Source: Methylibium sp.
GTDB taxonomy: Bacteria > Pseudomonadota > Gammaproteobacteria > Burkholderiales > Burkholderiaceae_C
DNA: 59,659 nucleotides
Assembly (NCBI RefSeq): GCF_031393925.1
Contig: NZ_JANMWL010000073.1
Span: 1 to 59,659 of the forward strand
Direction of reading: 5' to 3'
Shown: positions 22,249 to 31,465 of the stretch, piece after piece
How the letters are laid out: every line of letters begins with the position of its first letter
How positions within the stretch are numbered: the first letter of the stretch is position 1
The notes under the pieces: model-generated
What the model saw: only the letters and a program-made list of their open reading frames with translations
Told to the model about the DNA's origin: nothing
The model's database searches: none
Translations under genes and position numbers: made by a program

Positions 22249-23079
22249 ATGATCAACACCCTGAGTCTTGCCGGCCCGCGTGGCCTGGCGCGCCTGCCGG
22301 CCTGGGGCTGGCTGACGCTGCAGGCGGCAGCACTTTGGCCCCACGGCCGCTGGGCGGCAGCGCGCATGGCCGATGGATCGGACGACCCGCTCGGCCTGGC
22401 GGCGCTGCTCATGCTGGCGCTCGCGCTGCTGCGCCTGGCGCCCGCCTTGGTCGAGTCGCCACGGCCGGCCTGGCTGGCCGGCAGCGCGGCGCTGACGGTG
22501 CTCGCCACGCTCGCGCTGTGGTGGCTGCCGCCGCTCGTCGCCGCGCTGCTCGCCGCGGCCGCGTTCAGCGCGGCGCTGGCGGCCTGGTTGCCGGTTGGCG
22601 TGGCGCGCCTGCCGCTGGCCGGCCTGGCGCTGCTGGCGCTGCCGCTGATCGCCTCGCTGCAGTACTACGGCGGCTACCCGCTGCGCGTGCTGACGGCCGA
22701 GTTCAGCAGCTGGGTTTTGCAGGCGGCGGGCCTGGCCGCCGAGCGCAGCGGCGCGGCGATGACGGTCGAGGGCCGGCTGGTGATCGTCGATGCGCCCTGC
22801 TCGGGCGTGCAACTGGTCTGGCTGGGCTACTTCACGGCCTGCAGCGCCGCGGCGTGGGGTGGCCTTGGCGACGCCGCGCTGCTGCGCCGACTGCCGCTGG
22901 TGGCCGGCGTCGTGCTCGCGGGCAACGTGCTGCGCAACACCGTGCTGGTGGCGCTGCAGACGCGGCCCGAGCCGGTGAGCGAAGCACTGCACCAAGCCAT
23001 CGGCGTGGGGGTGCTGGCGGCCGTGTGCATGGCGGTGTTGTGGATCATCACGAGGAGCGACGATGCAGCGAATCATTGA
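22249..23079 (+). CDS. xrtQ: Exosortase (XrtQ-like)
   Basis: Polytopic membrane protein with Cys-Arg-His triad motifs VDAPCSG, GNVLRN, LHQAIG; adjacent to a single TPEP-tailed VIT protein; subfamily name from recall. Confidence 0.8.
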   Translation: MINTLSLAGPRGLARLPAWGWLTLQAAALWPHGRWAAARMADGSDDPLGLAALLMLALALLRLAPALVESPRPAWLAGSAALTVLATLALWWLPPLVAALLAAAAFSAALAAWLPVGVARLPLAGLALLALPLIASLQYYGGYPLRVLTAEFSSWVLQAAGLAAERSGAAMTVEGRLVIVDAPCSGVQLVWLGYFTACSAAAWGGLGDAALLRRLPLVAGVVLAGNVLRNTVLVALQTRPEPVSEALHQAIGVGVLAAVCMAVLWIITRSDDAANH

Positions 23080-23722
23080 ATGCCGGCCACACGGGATGCT
23101 GGCGCGTCTGGCGGCTTGCGTTGTCGGGTGTGTGGCTGCGTGGGGGGTGGCGCGCGGCGTCGGCGCGACCCGGCCGCGGCCACACGTCGGGGCGCTGCGA
23201 CTCGCGGGCCTGGCCCTGCTGCTGCTCGCCTGCGCCTTGCTGCCGCTGGCCCGCCGCACGGGTGCCGCCGAAGCGCCGCAAGCGCCGCGACACGCCGACG
23301 GCTTCGAGTGGCCCCGGCAGTTCGACGGCCGGCCGCTGCGGCCCTTGGCGATGAGCGCGGTGGAGCTGCGCTTCGCGGCGGCGTTTCCAGGGGCGATCGG
23401 CCGCTTCAGCGACGGCGAACGCCTGCTGGTGCTGCGCGCCGTGCAGCGCCCGACGCGCATGCTGCACCCGGCCGCCGACTGCTACCGCGGACTGGGCTAC
23501 ACGATTGCCGCGACCCGGCTCGAACGCGACGCGAGCGAGCGGCTGTGGCGCTGCTTCGAGGCCACGCGCGGCAAGGCAGACGGACCGCGCCTGCGCGTGT
23601 GCGAGCGCATCGAAGACGCCCAGGGCGGCGCCTTCACCGACACCTCGGCCTGGTTCTGGGCGGCGCTGTTCGAGCGCTCGGTCGGCCCCTGGCAGGCCGT
23701 CACCACCGTCGAGGTGCTGTGA
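23063..23722 (+). CDS. Exosortase-associated protein, EpsI-like
   Basis: N-terminal hydrophobic segments; RMLHPAADCYRGLGY resembles the H-P-xx-C-Y-x-G-x-G motif of EpsI-type domains. Confidence 0.6.
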   Translation: MQRIIECRPHGMLARLAACVVGCVAAWGVARGVGATRPRPHVGALRLAGLALLLLACALLPLARRTGAAEAPQAPRHADGFEWPRQFDGRPLRPLAMSAVELRFAAAFPGAIGRFSDGERLLVLRAVQRPTRMLHPAADCYRGLGYTIAATRLERDASERLWRCFEATRGKADGPRLRVCERIEDAQGGAFTDTSAWFWAALFERSVGPWQAVTTVEVL

Positions 23723-23723
23723 G

Positions 23724-25085
23724 ATGAAGCCCTCACGCTCGCTTCGATCACTGCAGCGAACGCTCAGCGCCCTTGGCGCGGCGCTGCGCGTGCCGCGCCC
23801 GCCAAGATCTTGGCTTTGGACACTGCTCGGCCTGCCGCTCACCTTGCTGGCCGTGACGCTCGCACTGGTGGCGACGGCGTTGCATGCGCTGGCGCCGCAG
23901 CCGGGCGAATGGACGCTGGCGCTGCGCCTGGGGCCCTTCACGCGCCCGCTAAGCGTGCCGGCGCTGATTCGCATCGCCACGCACCCGGTGGGCCTTGCCC
24001 TGCTCGACGGCCGCAGCACCACCACGCCGCTGGGCCGCTGGGCGTGGCGGCGCGGGCCGGGCGATCGCCTGGTCGGCGTGTGCGCGCCCTGCACCTTGCA
24101 GCTCGCCGCACTCGGCCCGGCGCCCCTGACCATGCCACGTGCCGCGCTCGAACTGCAGCGCGACGCGCAGAGCCGCTTTCGCGGCACGCTTGACCTGGGT
24201 CAAGGCGAGCGCACGCTGGCCCTGCGTTGGCGCGCCACCTTGACCGCGAGCGCCCTGGTGATCGACGCGCAACTGCCGACCGTGCCGCTGGCCGACGCCT
24301 ACGCCGCCTTCGGCAGCGCCTCGATTCCCGAGCTGGCCAGCGCACGCATCGGCGGCACGCTGAGCGCCAGCCTGCGCCTGGCCCTACCCGAGCGCCGCCT
24401 GGACCTGCACCCGCGCATCGATGGCTTCGAGGTCGACGGCCTGGGTACCGAGCAGTTGCTCCATGCCGCACCGCCCTCACGCTGCGCCGCCTCATCGGGC
24501 CTGGGCCGGCAAGCCAGCGAAGCGCGCGTGACCGGCTGGCTGCCGCGCGCCGTGGTCGCCGCCGAGGACCAGCGCTTCCAGGAACACACCGGCTACGACC
24601 TCGTGCAGCTGCTCGCCGCCGCGCAGCTCAACCACGACGCCGCGAGCGCCGCGCAGGGCGCCAGCACCTTGACCCAGCAGCTCGCCAAGTGGCTCTACAC
24701 CGGCGACGAGCGCAGCGCCGCACGCAAGCTGCGCGAGCTGCTCTACGCGGTGGAGATGGAACGCACGCTCGGCAAGGGCCGCATCCTGCAGCTCTACCTG
24801 GCGATGGCGCCGTGGGGCGAAGGGGTGTGCGGCGCCGAGGCGGCCGCGCGGCACTACCTGCGCAAACCCGCCGCATTGCTCAGCCCGCTGGAAGCCGCCT
24901 GGCTCGCGAGCCTGCTGCAGGGCAGCGTGGACGGCGAGCGGCACGTCGACGTGCAGCGCGTGAGCTGGGTGCTGGCCAGCCTGCGCGGGCCGCTCTCGGC
25001 CGAGCGGCGCGCCGAGCAACTGGCGGCGCTGCGCGACTGGACGCCGCCGGCTGCGCGCACGGCGCGTGAGGGTTCGCGTCGCTGA
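23724..25085 (+). CDS. Monofunctional GT51 peptidoglycan transglycosylase with a long N-terminal extension
   Basis: AEDQRFQEHTGYD, GASTLTQQLAK, RKLRELLYAVEMERTLGKGRILQLYL; no transpeptidase domain. Confidence 0.85.
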   Translation: MKPSRSLRSLQRTLSALGAALRVPRPPRSWLWTLLGLPLTLLAVTLALVATALHALAPQPGEWTLALRLGPFTRPLSVPALIRIATHPVGLALLDGRSTTTPLGRWAWRRGPGDRLVGVCAPCTLQLAALGPAPLTMPRAALELQRDAQSRFRGTLDLGQGERTLALRWRATLTASALVIDAQLPTVPLADAYAAFGSASIPELASARIGGTLSASLRLALPERRLDLHPRIDGFEVDGLGTEQLLHAAPPSRCAASSGLGRQASEARVTGWLPRAVVAAEDQRFQEHTGYDLVQLLAAAQLNHDAASAAQGASTLTQQLAKWLYTGDERSAARKLRELLYAVEMERTLGKGRILQLYLAMAPWGEGVCGAEAAARHYLRKPAALLSPLEAAWLASLLQGSVDGERHVDVQRVSWVLASLRGPLSAERRAEQLAALRDWTPPAARTAREGSRR

Positions 25086-25268
25086 AGGTCCTTGCTGCGC
25101 GCGATCCGACCCGGCGCCCGGCGACTCCTCCTGGCGGCACGAGCGCAATTCGGCGCTCACTCCAGCGCCGCCGCCGCGGCGCGCAGCGCGCAAGGCATCG
25201 CAGCGCGGTCCGGGCTTCGCAGTGGTTAGGATAGCCAGCGTCATTTGTCGCCCCGAAAGGACGAGCCC

Positions 25269-25874
25269 ATGCTTCGCTCAACCCTCGCCGCTCTTGCCCT
25301 CGTCGCCAGCCTCGCGCTCGGCGGCTGCGGCTACAACGACTTCCAGCGCCTGGACGAGCAGACCAAGTCGGCCTGGTCGGAAGTGATCAACCAGTACCAA
25401 CGCCGCGCCGACCTCATTCCCAACGTCGTGGCCACCGTCAAGGGCGAGGCCAACTTCGAGCAGGAGACGCTCACCAAGGTGGTCGAGGCACGCGCCAAGG
25501 CCACCAGCATCCAGGCCACGCCCGAGCTGGTCAACAACCCCGCGGCGTTCCAGAAGTTCCAGGCCGCGCAGGGCGAACTCAGCGGCGCGTTGAGTCGCCT
25601 CTTGGTGGTGACCGAGAACTACCCCAACCTCAAGGCCAACCAGGGCTTCCAGGATTTGCGCGTGCAGCTCGAAGGCACCGAAAACCGCATCACGGTGGCG
25701 CGCAACCGCTACATCAAGGCGGTGCAGGACTACAACGTGCTGGCGCGCAGTTTCCCGAGCAACCTGACCGCGATGCTCTTCAACTACGCCCCGAAGGCCA
25801 ACTTCACGGTGCAGAACGAAGCGCAGATCAGCGCGCCGCCGGCCGTGAGTTTCGAGAAGCCGGCGTCCAAGTGA
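25269..25874 (+). CDS. lemA: LemA family protein
   Basis: LGGCGYN, YQRRADLIPN, ENYPNLKAN, LEGTENRITVARNRY. Confidence 0.95.
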   Translation: MLRSTLAALALVASLALGGCGYNDFQRLDEQTKSAWSEVINQYQRRADLIPNVVATVKGEANFEQETLTKVVEARAKATSIQATPELVNNPAAFQKFQAAQGELSGALSRLLVVTENYPNLKANQGFQDLRVQLEGTENRITVARNRYIKAVQDYNVLARSFPSNLTAMLFNYAPKANFTVQNEAQISAPPAVSFEKPASK

Positions 25875-25920
25875 GCCGCGGCTGAACCGTGCGCGAGCCG
25901 CGCATCGCCGGGCCCCGTTG

Positions 25921-26817
25921 ATGCGCCGCTGGAGCCTCGTCGCGCTGCTGCTGGCCGCTTGCGCTTGGCTGGGCGACGCGGCCTTCGCGCAGGAGCTGCG
26001 CGCGGTGCCGGTGCTCAGCGCCAGCGTGATCGACCAGACCGCGACGCTCACGCCCACCCAGGTGAGCGCGCTGGAGGCCAAGCTGGCGGCCTTCGAGCGC
26101 GAGGCCGGCTCGCAGTTGGTGGTGCTCATCGTGACGAGCACCTTGCCAGAAGACATCGCGAGCTTCGCGCAGCGTGTGGGCGAGGCCTGGAAGATCGGCC
26201 GCCGCGAGGTCGGTGACGGCCTCCTGATCGTCGTCGCCAAGGACGACAAGAAGCTGCGCATCGAAGTTGCCAAGGCGCTCGAAGGCGCAGTGCCCGACCT
26301 GGCGGCCAAGCAGATCATCGACCGCGCGCTGACCCCGGCGTTTCGCGCCGGCGATTACGCGGGCGGACTCAACGCCGCCATCGACTCGCTCGGCGCTCGC
26401 ATCCGCGGCGAGGCGCTGCCGCTGCCCGCTGCGCCGCGTGCGGGAGCGCAACGCTCACAGCAGGGCACGCAATGGCCCGACCTGGCGCTGTTCTTCCTGC
26501 TCGGCGTGCCGGTGATCGGCTCGTTGGCGACGCGCGTGCTCGGCCGCAAGCTCGGCACCGCGGCCACCGGCCTGGGTGCTGGCGGCCTTGCCTGGCTGGC
26601 GAGCGCAAGCCTGCTGGTCACGGGCGGCGCGGCGTTGGTGGCGCTGGTGCTCGTCGGCGTGCTGGGCGTCGGCGCGGCGCGGCGCGGCGGCGGCGGCCTG
26701 GGCTTTCCGCCGGTGATTGGGGGCGGCGGCGGCGGTTGGGGCGGTGGCGGCGGCGGGGGTTTTTCGTCCGGCGGCGGTGGCGACTTCGGCGGCGGCGGCG
26801 CTTCGGGCGACTGGTAG
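25921..26817 (+). CDS. TPM-domain membrane protein (YgcG-like)
   Basis: VIDQTATL, WKIGRREVGDG, RIEVAKALEGAVPD, Gly-rich end GGGGDFGGGGASGDW. Confidence 0.9.
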   Translation: MRRWSLVALLLAACAWLGDAAFAQELRAVPVLSASVIDQTATLTPTQVSALEAKLAAFEREAGSQLVVLIVTSTLPEDIASFAQRVGEAWKIGRREVGDGLLIVVAKDDKKLRIEVAKALEGAVPDLAAKQIIDRALTPAFRAGDYAGGLNAAIDSLGARIRGEALPLPAAPRAGAQRSQQGTQWPDLALFFLLGVPVIGSLATRVLGRKLGTAATGLGAGGLAWLASASLLVTGGAALVALVLVGVLGVGAARRGGGGLGFPPVIGGGGGGWGGGGGGGFSSGGGGDFGGGGASGDW

Positions 26818-26831
26818 GGGAGCGTGTACCG

Positions 26832-27338
26832 ATGAACCGCATCACCCGCCTGCTGCGCCACCGCTGGTTCGACGAGGACGACGCGCGCCGCGCGCTCGGG
26901 CCGGTGGCGCTCGCGCGCATTGAAACGCGCGTGCGCGCCAGCGAAACGCACCACAGCGGCGAGATCCGCGTCTGCATCGAAGCCGGCCTGCCGCTGGGCT
27001 ATTTGTGGCGCGACCTCACGGCCAGGCAGCGTGCCGTCACCCTGTTCGGCAAGCTGCGCGTGTGGGACACCGAGCACAACAGCGGCGTGCTGATCTACCT
27101 GCTGCTGGCCGAGCATCGCATCGAGATCGTGGCCGATCGCGGCATCGACCGCGTGGTCGATGCGGCCCGTTGGCAGGCGATCGTCGCCGGCATGAGCACC
27201 GCGTTTCGCGAGCGGCGCTTCGAGGACGGCCTCAATGCCGCGATCGACGCGGTCGATGCGCTGCTGCGTGCGCATTTCGCGCTCGCCGAAGGCGCCGACA
27301 ACCGCAACGAACTGCCCGACGCGCCGGTGCTGCGGTAG
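26832..27338 (+). CDS. TPM-domain protein (second partner of the lemA operon)
   Basis: SGEIRVCIE, VWDTEHNSGVLIYLLLA, IVADRGI, NELPD. Confidence 0.88.
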   Translation: MNRITRLLRHRWFDEDDARRALGPVALARIETRVRASETHHSGEIRVCIEAGLPLGYLWRDLTARQRAVTLFGKLRVWDTEHNSGVLIYLLLAEHRIEIVADRGIDRVVDAARWQAIVAGMSTAFRERRFEDGLNAAIDAVDALLRAHFALAEGADNRNELPDAPVLR

Positions 27339-27419
27339 CCAGCCGCAACGTGGCGAGGCCAGGTTAATTTGCGGCGCTGCAAACTCGGGGCGATTCTCAC
27401 AATGCGAGGAACAAATTAA

Positions 27420-28391
27420 ATGACCCTTGCCACAGGCGCGAACCCGCAGAACGGCGAGCCGATCGGTGCAGTCGGTGAATTCGACACTTTGACGGTGCGA
27501 AGGGACGCGCGGAACCCGCGAATCGCGAGGATCACGTTTAACCGTCCGCACCGCCTCAACGCCATCACGTTTCAGACGCCCGGCGAGATCCGCCGGGCGG
27601 TCGACGCGGTCAATCTCCAGCGCGACCTTCACGTGATCGTGTTGCAGGGAGCAGGTCCCGCGTTTTGCGCCGGCTACGACATCGGCCTCTTCGGTGAAGG
27701 CACCGACGAGCACCCGTGCAAGCAGGAGTCAAAACCGTGGGACCCGATGGTCGACTACCGGGCCATGCGCGGCTATACCGATGACTTCATGTCTCTGTGG
27801 CGCTCGCCCAAGCCAACCATCGCGCGGGTCCACAAGTACGCCATCGCAGGCGGCTCGGACATCGCTCTTTGCTGCGATCAGGTCGTCGTGGAAAACACGG
27901 CCCGAATGGGTTACATGCCCGTGCGCGTATGGGGTTGCCCGACCACCGCGCACTGGACCTATCGCCTCGGACCCGAGCGCGCCAAGAGGATGCTCCTGAC
28001 TGGCAACCTGATCGACGGCGTGACCGCGGAAAAATGGGGGCTCGTCAGCGAGTCAGTACCGGGCGAGCAACTCGACGCCGCTGTGGATGCCTTGGCTGAC
28101 CGCATCGCCAGCATTCCGAGCGGCATGTTGACGATGCAGAAGATGGTGGTCAACGAAAGCATCGAGCGGATGGGCTTGCTGGCGAGCCAGACCCTGGCCA
28201 CGCTGTTCGATGGGATCACACGGCACAACCCCGAGGGGATGTGGTTCCGGCGTTATTCGCAGGTCCACGGGTTCAAGGCCGCGGTGGAATGGCGCGACTC
28301 GGGCCGCCCCATTCCCGAGGGTGACGCCGCGCGTGCGGTGATTGCAGAGCTTGACGAGCTGATCGCCGGGATGCCGAAGCCGGCTGCCTGA
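27420..28391 (+). CDS. Crotonase/enoyl-CoA hydratase superfamily protein
   Basis: ITFNRPHRLNAI, GAGPAFCAGYD, KPTIARVH, AGGSDIALCCD. Confidence 0.9.
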   Translation: MTLATGANPQNGEPIGAVGEFDTLTVRRDARNPRIARITFNRPHRLNAITFQTPGEIRRAVDAVNLQRDLHVIVLQGAGPAFCAGYDIGLFGEGTDEHPCKQESKPWDPMVDYRAMRGYTDDFMSLWRSPKPTIARVHKYAIAGGSDIALCCDQVVVENTARMGYMPVRVWGCPTTAHWTYRLGPERAKRMLLTGNLIDGVTAEKWGLVSESVPGEQLDAAVDALADRIASIPSGMLTMQKMVVNESIERMGLLASQTLATLFDGITRHNPEGMWFRRYSQVHGFKAAVEWRDSGRPIPEGDAARAVIAELDELIAGMPKPAA

Positions 28392-28469
28392 GATCGCGAT
28401 CCACCGAGCCGCCAGGCGCTGCGGCCGGTCGCAGGGAAGGGGCCGCCTCGATTCACAAAGCCATCTTGG

Positions 28470-29810
28470 CTAGGCGCGCTGGCTCGCGTCGGCTGGCGGG
28501 TCCGCGCGCATCGAGCCCGCGACCATGTCGAAGCGAAACAGCCGGCATTCAATCGGGCCGTTCCACATCGGCACGCGTTGGCTTTCCTTCAGGCGCATCG
28601 CCTGCGGCAGCTTCATGTCCGGGCTCAGGACCCAGGCGGTCCAGCCTGGGTAGGTGCGTTTCCAGTGTGCCGCCAGGCGCGCGAAGAAGTCTTGCGCCGA
28701 GGCGCCGTCTTCGAAGCCTTCGCGGGCGCCGCTGCGATGAACCGGCGGGTCGTGCGGATCCAGCCAGGACTCGGCCTCGGCCCTCGGGCCGAGCGGCTGT
28801 TCGGTCCCGCCGCGCGAGCCGGACCGCTGCACGGGCTCGCCGCGCGAGCCCTTGGGCTCGATGCGCTCGCCATAGGGCGGGTTGAGCATCATCGTGCCGT
28901 GCTCGGCGGGCGGCAGGCGCTGCAGCACGTCGGCGGTCTTCAGGTCGATGGCGCTTCGCACGCCGGCCCTCTCGGCGTTGCGCGCCGCGAAGTCGGTCAT
29001 GCGAAACGACACGTCGCCGGCATGGATGGGCACCGCGCTCGCGTGTTCGGCAGCGCGCGCGGCCTCGCGCAAATCGCGCCATTGGCGCTGCATGCCGGTC
29101 TCGCGAAACGGCGTGAGCCGCTCGAAGGCAAAGCGGCGCTGCGATCCCGCCGCGATGCCGCAGGCGATCTGCGCCGCTTCGATGGCGATGGTGCCGGAGC
29201 CGCACACCGGGTCGAGCAGCGGCCCGTCGGACTCGCGGCCCTGCCAGCCGGCCGCCGCCAGCATGGCCGCGGCGAGCGTCTCCTTGAGCGGTGCCTCGCC
29301 CTTGTCTTCACGCCAGCCGCGCTTGAACAGCGCCTCGCCGGAGGTGTCGACATAGAGCGTGGCGTGGCGCTCGGTCAGGTGCAGCAGCAGCGGCAGGTCG
29401 GGGCGGCGCGTGTCGACGCTCGGGCGCGCGCCGGCGGCCTCGCGCATCACGTCGCACACGCCGTCCTTGATGCGCAGCGCGGCGAAATTGAGGCTCTTGA
29501 GCGGCGCGCGCTGCGCCGTCACATCGACCTTGATGGTCTGCGTGGGCGTCACCCAGTCGGCCCAGCGCACGCTGCAGGCGAGCGCGTAGAGATCGTCTTC
29601 GCTGCGGTAGGGCGCCTCGGCGACGCGCCACAGCACGCGCTGCGCGAGGCGGCTGCCGAGGTTGAGCGCCATCGCTTCGTGTGCGCCGCCGGCCAGCTCG
29701 ACGCCGCCGCGGCGCGTGCTCGCGGCCGCGCCCGGCAGCAGCCGCGCCACTTCGCCGGCAAGCAGGCCTTCGACGCCCGCGGCGCAAGGCAGGAACAAGG
29801 CTGAATTCAT
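28470..29810 (-). CDS. THUMP-domain class I SAM-dependent RNA methyltransferase (RlmL-like)
   Basis: SRLAQRVL, DTSGEALFKRGWR, APLKETLAAAML, DPVCGSGT, NPPYGER, NGPIECRL. Confidence 0.9.
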   Translation of the reverse strand: MNSALFLPCAAGVEGLLAGEVARLLPGAAASTRRGGVELAGGAHEAMALNLGSRLAQRVLWRVAEAPYRSEDDLYALACSVRWADWVTPTQTIKVDVTAQRAPLKSLNFAALRIKDGVCDVMREAAGARPSVDTRRPDLPLLLHLTERHATLYVDTSGEALFKRGWREDKGEAPLKETLAAAMLAAAGWQGRESDGPLLDPVCGSGTIAIEAAQIACGIAAGSQRRFAFERLTPFRETGMQRQWRDLREAARAAEHASAVPIHAGDVSFRMTDFAARNAERAGVRSAIDLKTADVLQRLPPAEHGTMMLNPPYGERIEPKGSRGEPVQRSGSRGGTEQPLGPRAEAESWLDPHDPPVHRSGAREGFEDGASAQDFFARLAAHWKRTYPGWTAWVLSPDMKLPQAMRLKESQRVPMWNGPIECRLFRFDMVAGSMRADPPADASQRA

Positions 29811-29919
29811 GATGACCCTGGAATCTGGCGTGGCGCGCTCACAAGGAAACGAAGGGCCGATCCCGAGTTTCCTTGTCCTGCGCGGGGGGCCTGGCGCAAA
29901 GCAGCAGGTAGGTGGGCGC

Positions 29920-31461
29920 TCACAGGCTGCGCCGCAGGTTGGCCGGCGCGATCTTGAGCGCCTCGCGGTACTTGGCGACGGTGCGCCGCGCCACCTGGAT
30001 GCCCTGCTCTTCGAGCATGTGGCTCAATTGGCTGTCCGACAGCGGCTTCTTGTCGTCCTCGGCGCCGACCAACTGCTTGATGAGCGCGCGCACCGCCGTG
30101 CTCGACGCGTTGCCGCCGGCCTCGGTGTTGAGCGAGCTGCCGAAGAAGTACTTGAGTTCGTAGGTACCGTAAGGCGTGGACATGTACTTGGCGGTGGTCA
30201 CGCGCGAGATGGTCGACTCGTGCAGGCCCAGCTCGTCGGCGATCTCGCGCAACACCAGCGGCTTCATCGCGATGGCGCCGTGCGTAAAGAAGGACTTCTG
30301 GCGCTCCACGATCGCCTGGCTCACGCGCTGGATGGTGTCGAAGCGCTGCAGGATGTTCTTCATGAACCAGCGCGCTTCCTGCAGCCGCGAGCTCAGGCCG
30401 GCCGCGGCTTCGCTGCCACTGCCACCGCTGCCGCGGCGGCCCCGCTGCTGCTTGATGGCCTGCGCATACAGGTCGTTGATGCGCAGCTTGGGCATCACGT
30501 CGGGGTTCAACACCACCTTCCAGCCGCGCCCTGACTTCTGCACCACCACGTCGGGCACCACGATGTTGGCCTCGGCCTTGGTGAAGGGCCGGCCCGGCTT
30601 GGGCTCGCAGCGCACGATCAAGGCCTGCGCGGCCTTGAGCATCGCCTCGTCGCAGCCGGTTGAAGCCATCAGTTTCTTGGCGTCGCGCCGCGCCAGCAGC
30701 TCCAGGTGGTTCTTGCTGATCAGGATGGCGATCATCTGCGCCTCGCAGCGCGCACCGGCGCGCAGCTGCAGCACCAGGCACTCCGACAAATCACGCGCGC
30801 CAACGCCCAGCGGCTCGAGGTTTTGCAGCCACTTGAGCGCGCAGCGCAGGCGGTCGAGCAGTTCCTCGGTGGCGTCCGGGCCGTCTTCGGCGGTAAGGCG
30901 CTCGGCGATGTCTTCAAGCGCGTCGGCCAGATAGCCGTCCTCGTCAAGCGACTCGATCAGCACCATCACCGCCGCGCGGTCGGCGGGCGAAAGGCGCATG
31001 CCGCGCAGCTGCTCGCGCAGGTGGTCCTGCAGGCTCACGCCCGCCGTGCTGCGCTCCATCGGGTCGAAGTCGTCGTTGTCGTTGTTGCTGGCGGCCTTGC
31101 CGGGCGTCTCGCGGATGCCGTCGAAGTCTTCGCGCTCGGTGCCGTTTTCCCAGTCCTCACGCTCGCTGGCGCCGAACTCGACCACGTCGACCGTTGGCGG
31201 CTCGGGGTCCGCGCCCGCCTCGGCGCTGGCGCCTTCCCACACTTCGTCGGCCTGGCGTTCGCTCGCCGCCGCGCGCTCGGGCGGCGCGTCGAAGCCACTC
31301 GCCGCCTCTTCCTCGACTTCGAGGAAGGGGTTCTGCTCGAGCATCTGGTCGACCTCTTGCTGCAGCTCGAGCGTGGAGAGTTGCAACAGCCGGATCGACT
31401 GCTGCAACTGCGGCGTGAGCGCGAGGTGCTGCGAGAAGCGCAGCTGAAGTCCCGGCTTCAT
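29920..31461 (-). CDS. rpoN: RNA polymerase sigma-54 factor
   Basis: LTPQLQQSIRLLQLS, LHESTISRVT, RpoN box ARRTVAKYRE. Confidence 0.98.
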   Translation of the reverse strand: MKPGLQLRFSQHLALTPQLQQSIRLLQLSTLELQQEVDQMLEQNPFLEVEEEAASGFDAPPERAAASERQADEVWEGASAEAGADPEPPTVDVVEFGASEREDWENGTEREDFDGIRETPGKAASNNDNDDFDPMERSTAGVSLQDHLREQLRGMRLSPADRAAVMVLIESLDEDGYLADALEDIAERLTAEDGPDATEELLDRLRCALKWLQNLEPLGVGARDLSECLVLQLRAGARCEAQMIAILISKNHLELLARRDAKKLMASTGCDEAMLKAAQALIVRCEPKPGRPFTKAEANIVVPDVVVQKSGRGWKVVLNPDVMPKLRINDLYAQAIKQQRGRRGSGGSGSEAAAGLSSRLQEARWFMKNILQRFDTIQRVSQAIVERQKSFFTHGAIAMKPLVLREIADELGLHESTISRVTTAKYMSTPYGTYELKYFFGSSLNTEAGGNASSTAVRALIKQLVGAEDDKKPLSDSQLSHMLEEQGIQVARRTVAKYREALKIAPANLRRSL

Positions 31462-31465
31462 GGCC

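Noticed and set aside
19927-23460. 1177-aa minus-strand ORF and the many other long antisense or alternative-frame ORFs
   Set aside because: Shadow ORFs typical of high-GC DNA; Arg/Ala/Gly-rich, motif-free and overlapping well-supported genes
26680-26814. GGC-rich low-complexity tract
   Set aside because: Encodes the normal Gly-rich tail of YgcG/TPM proteins
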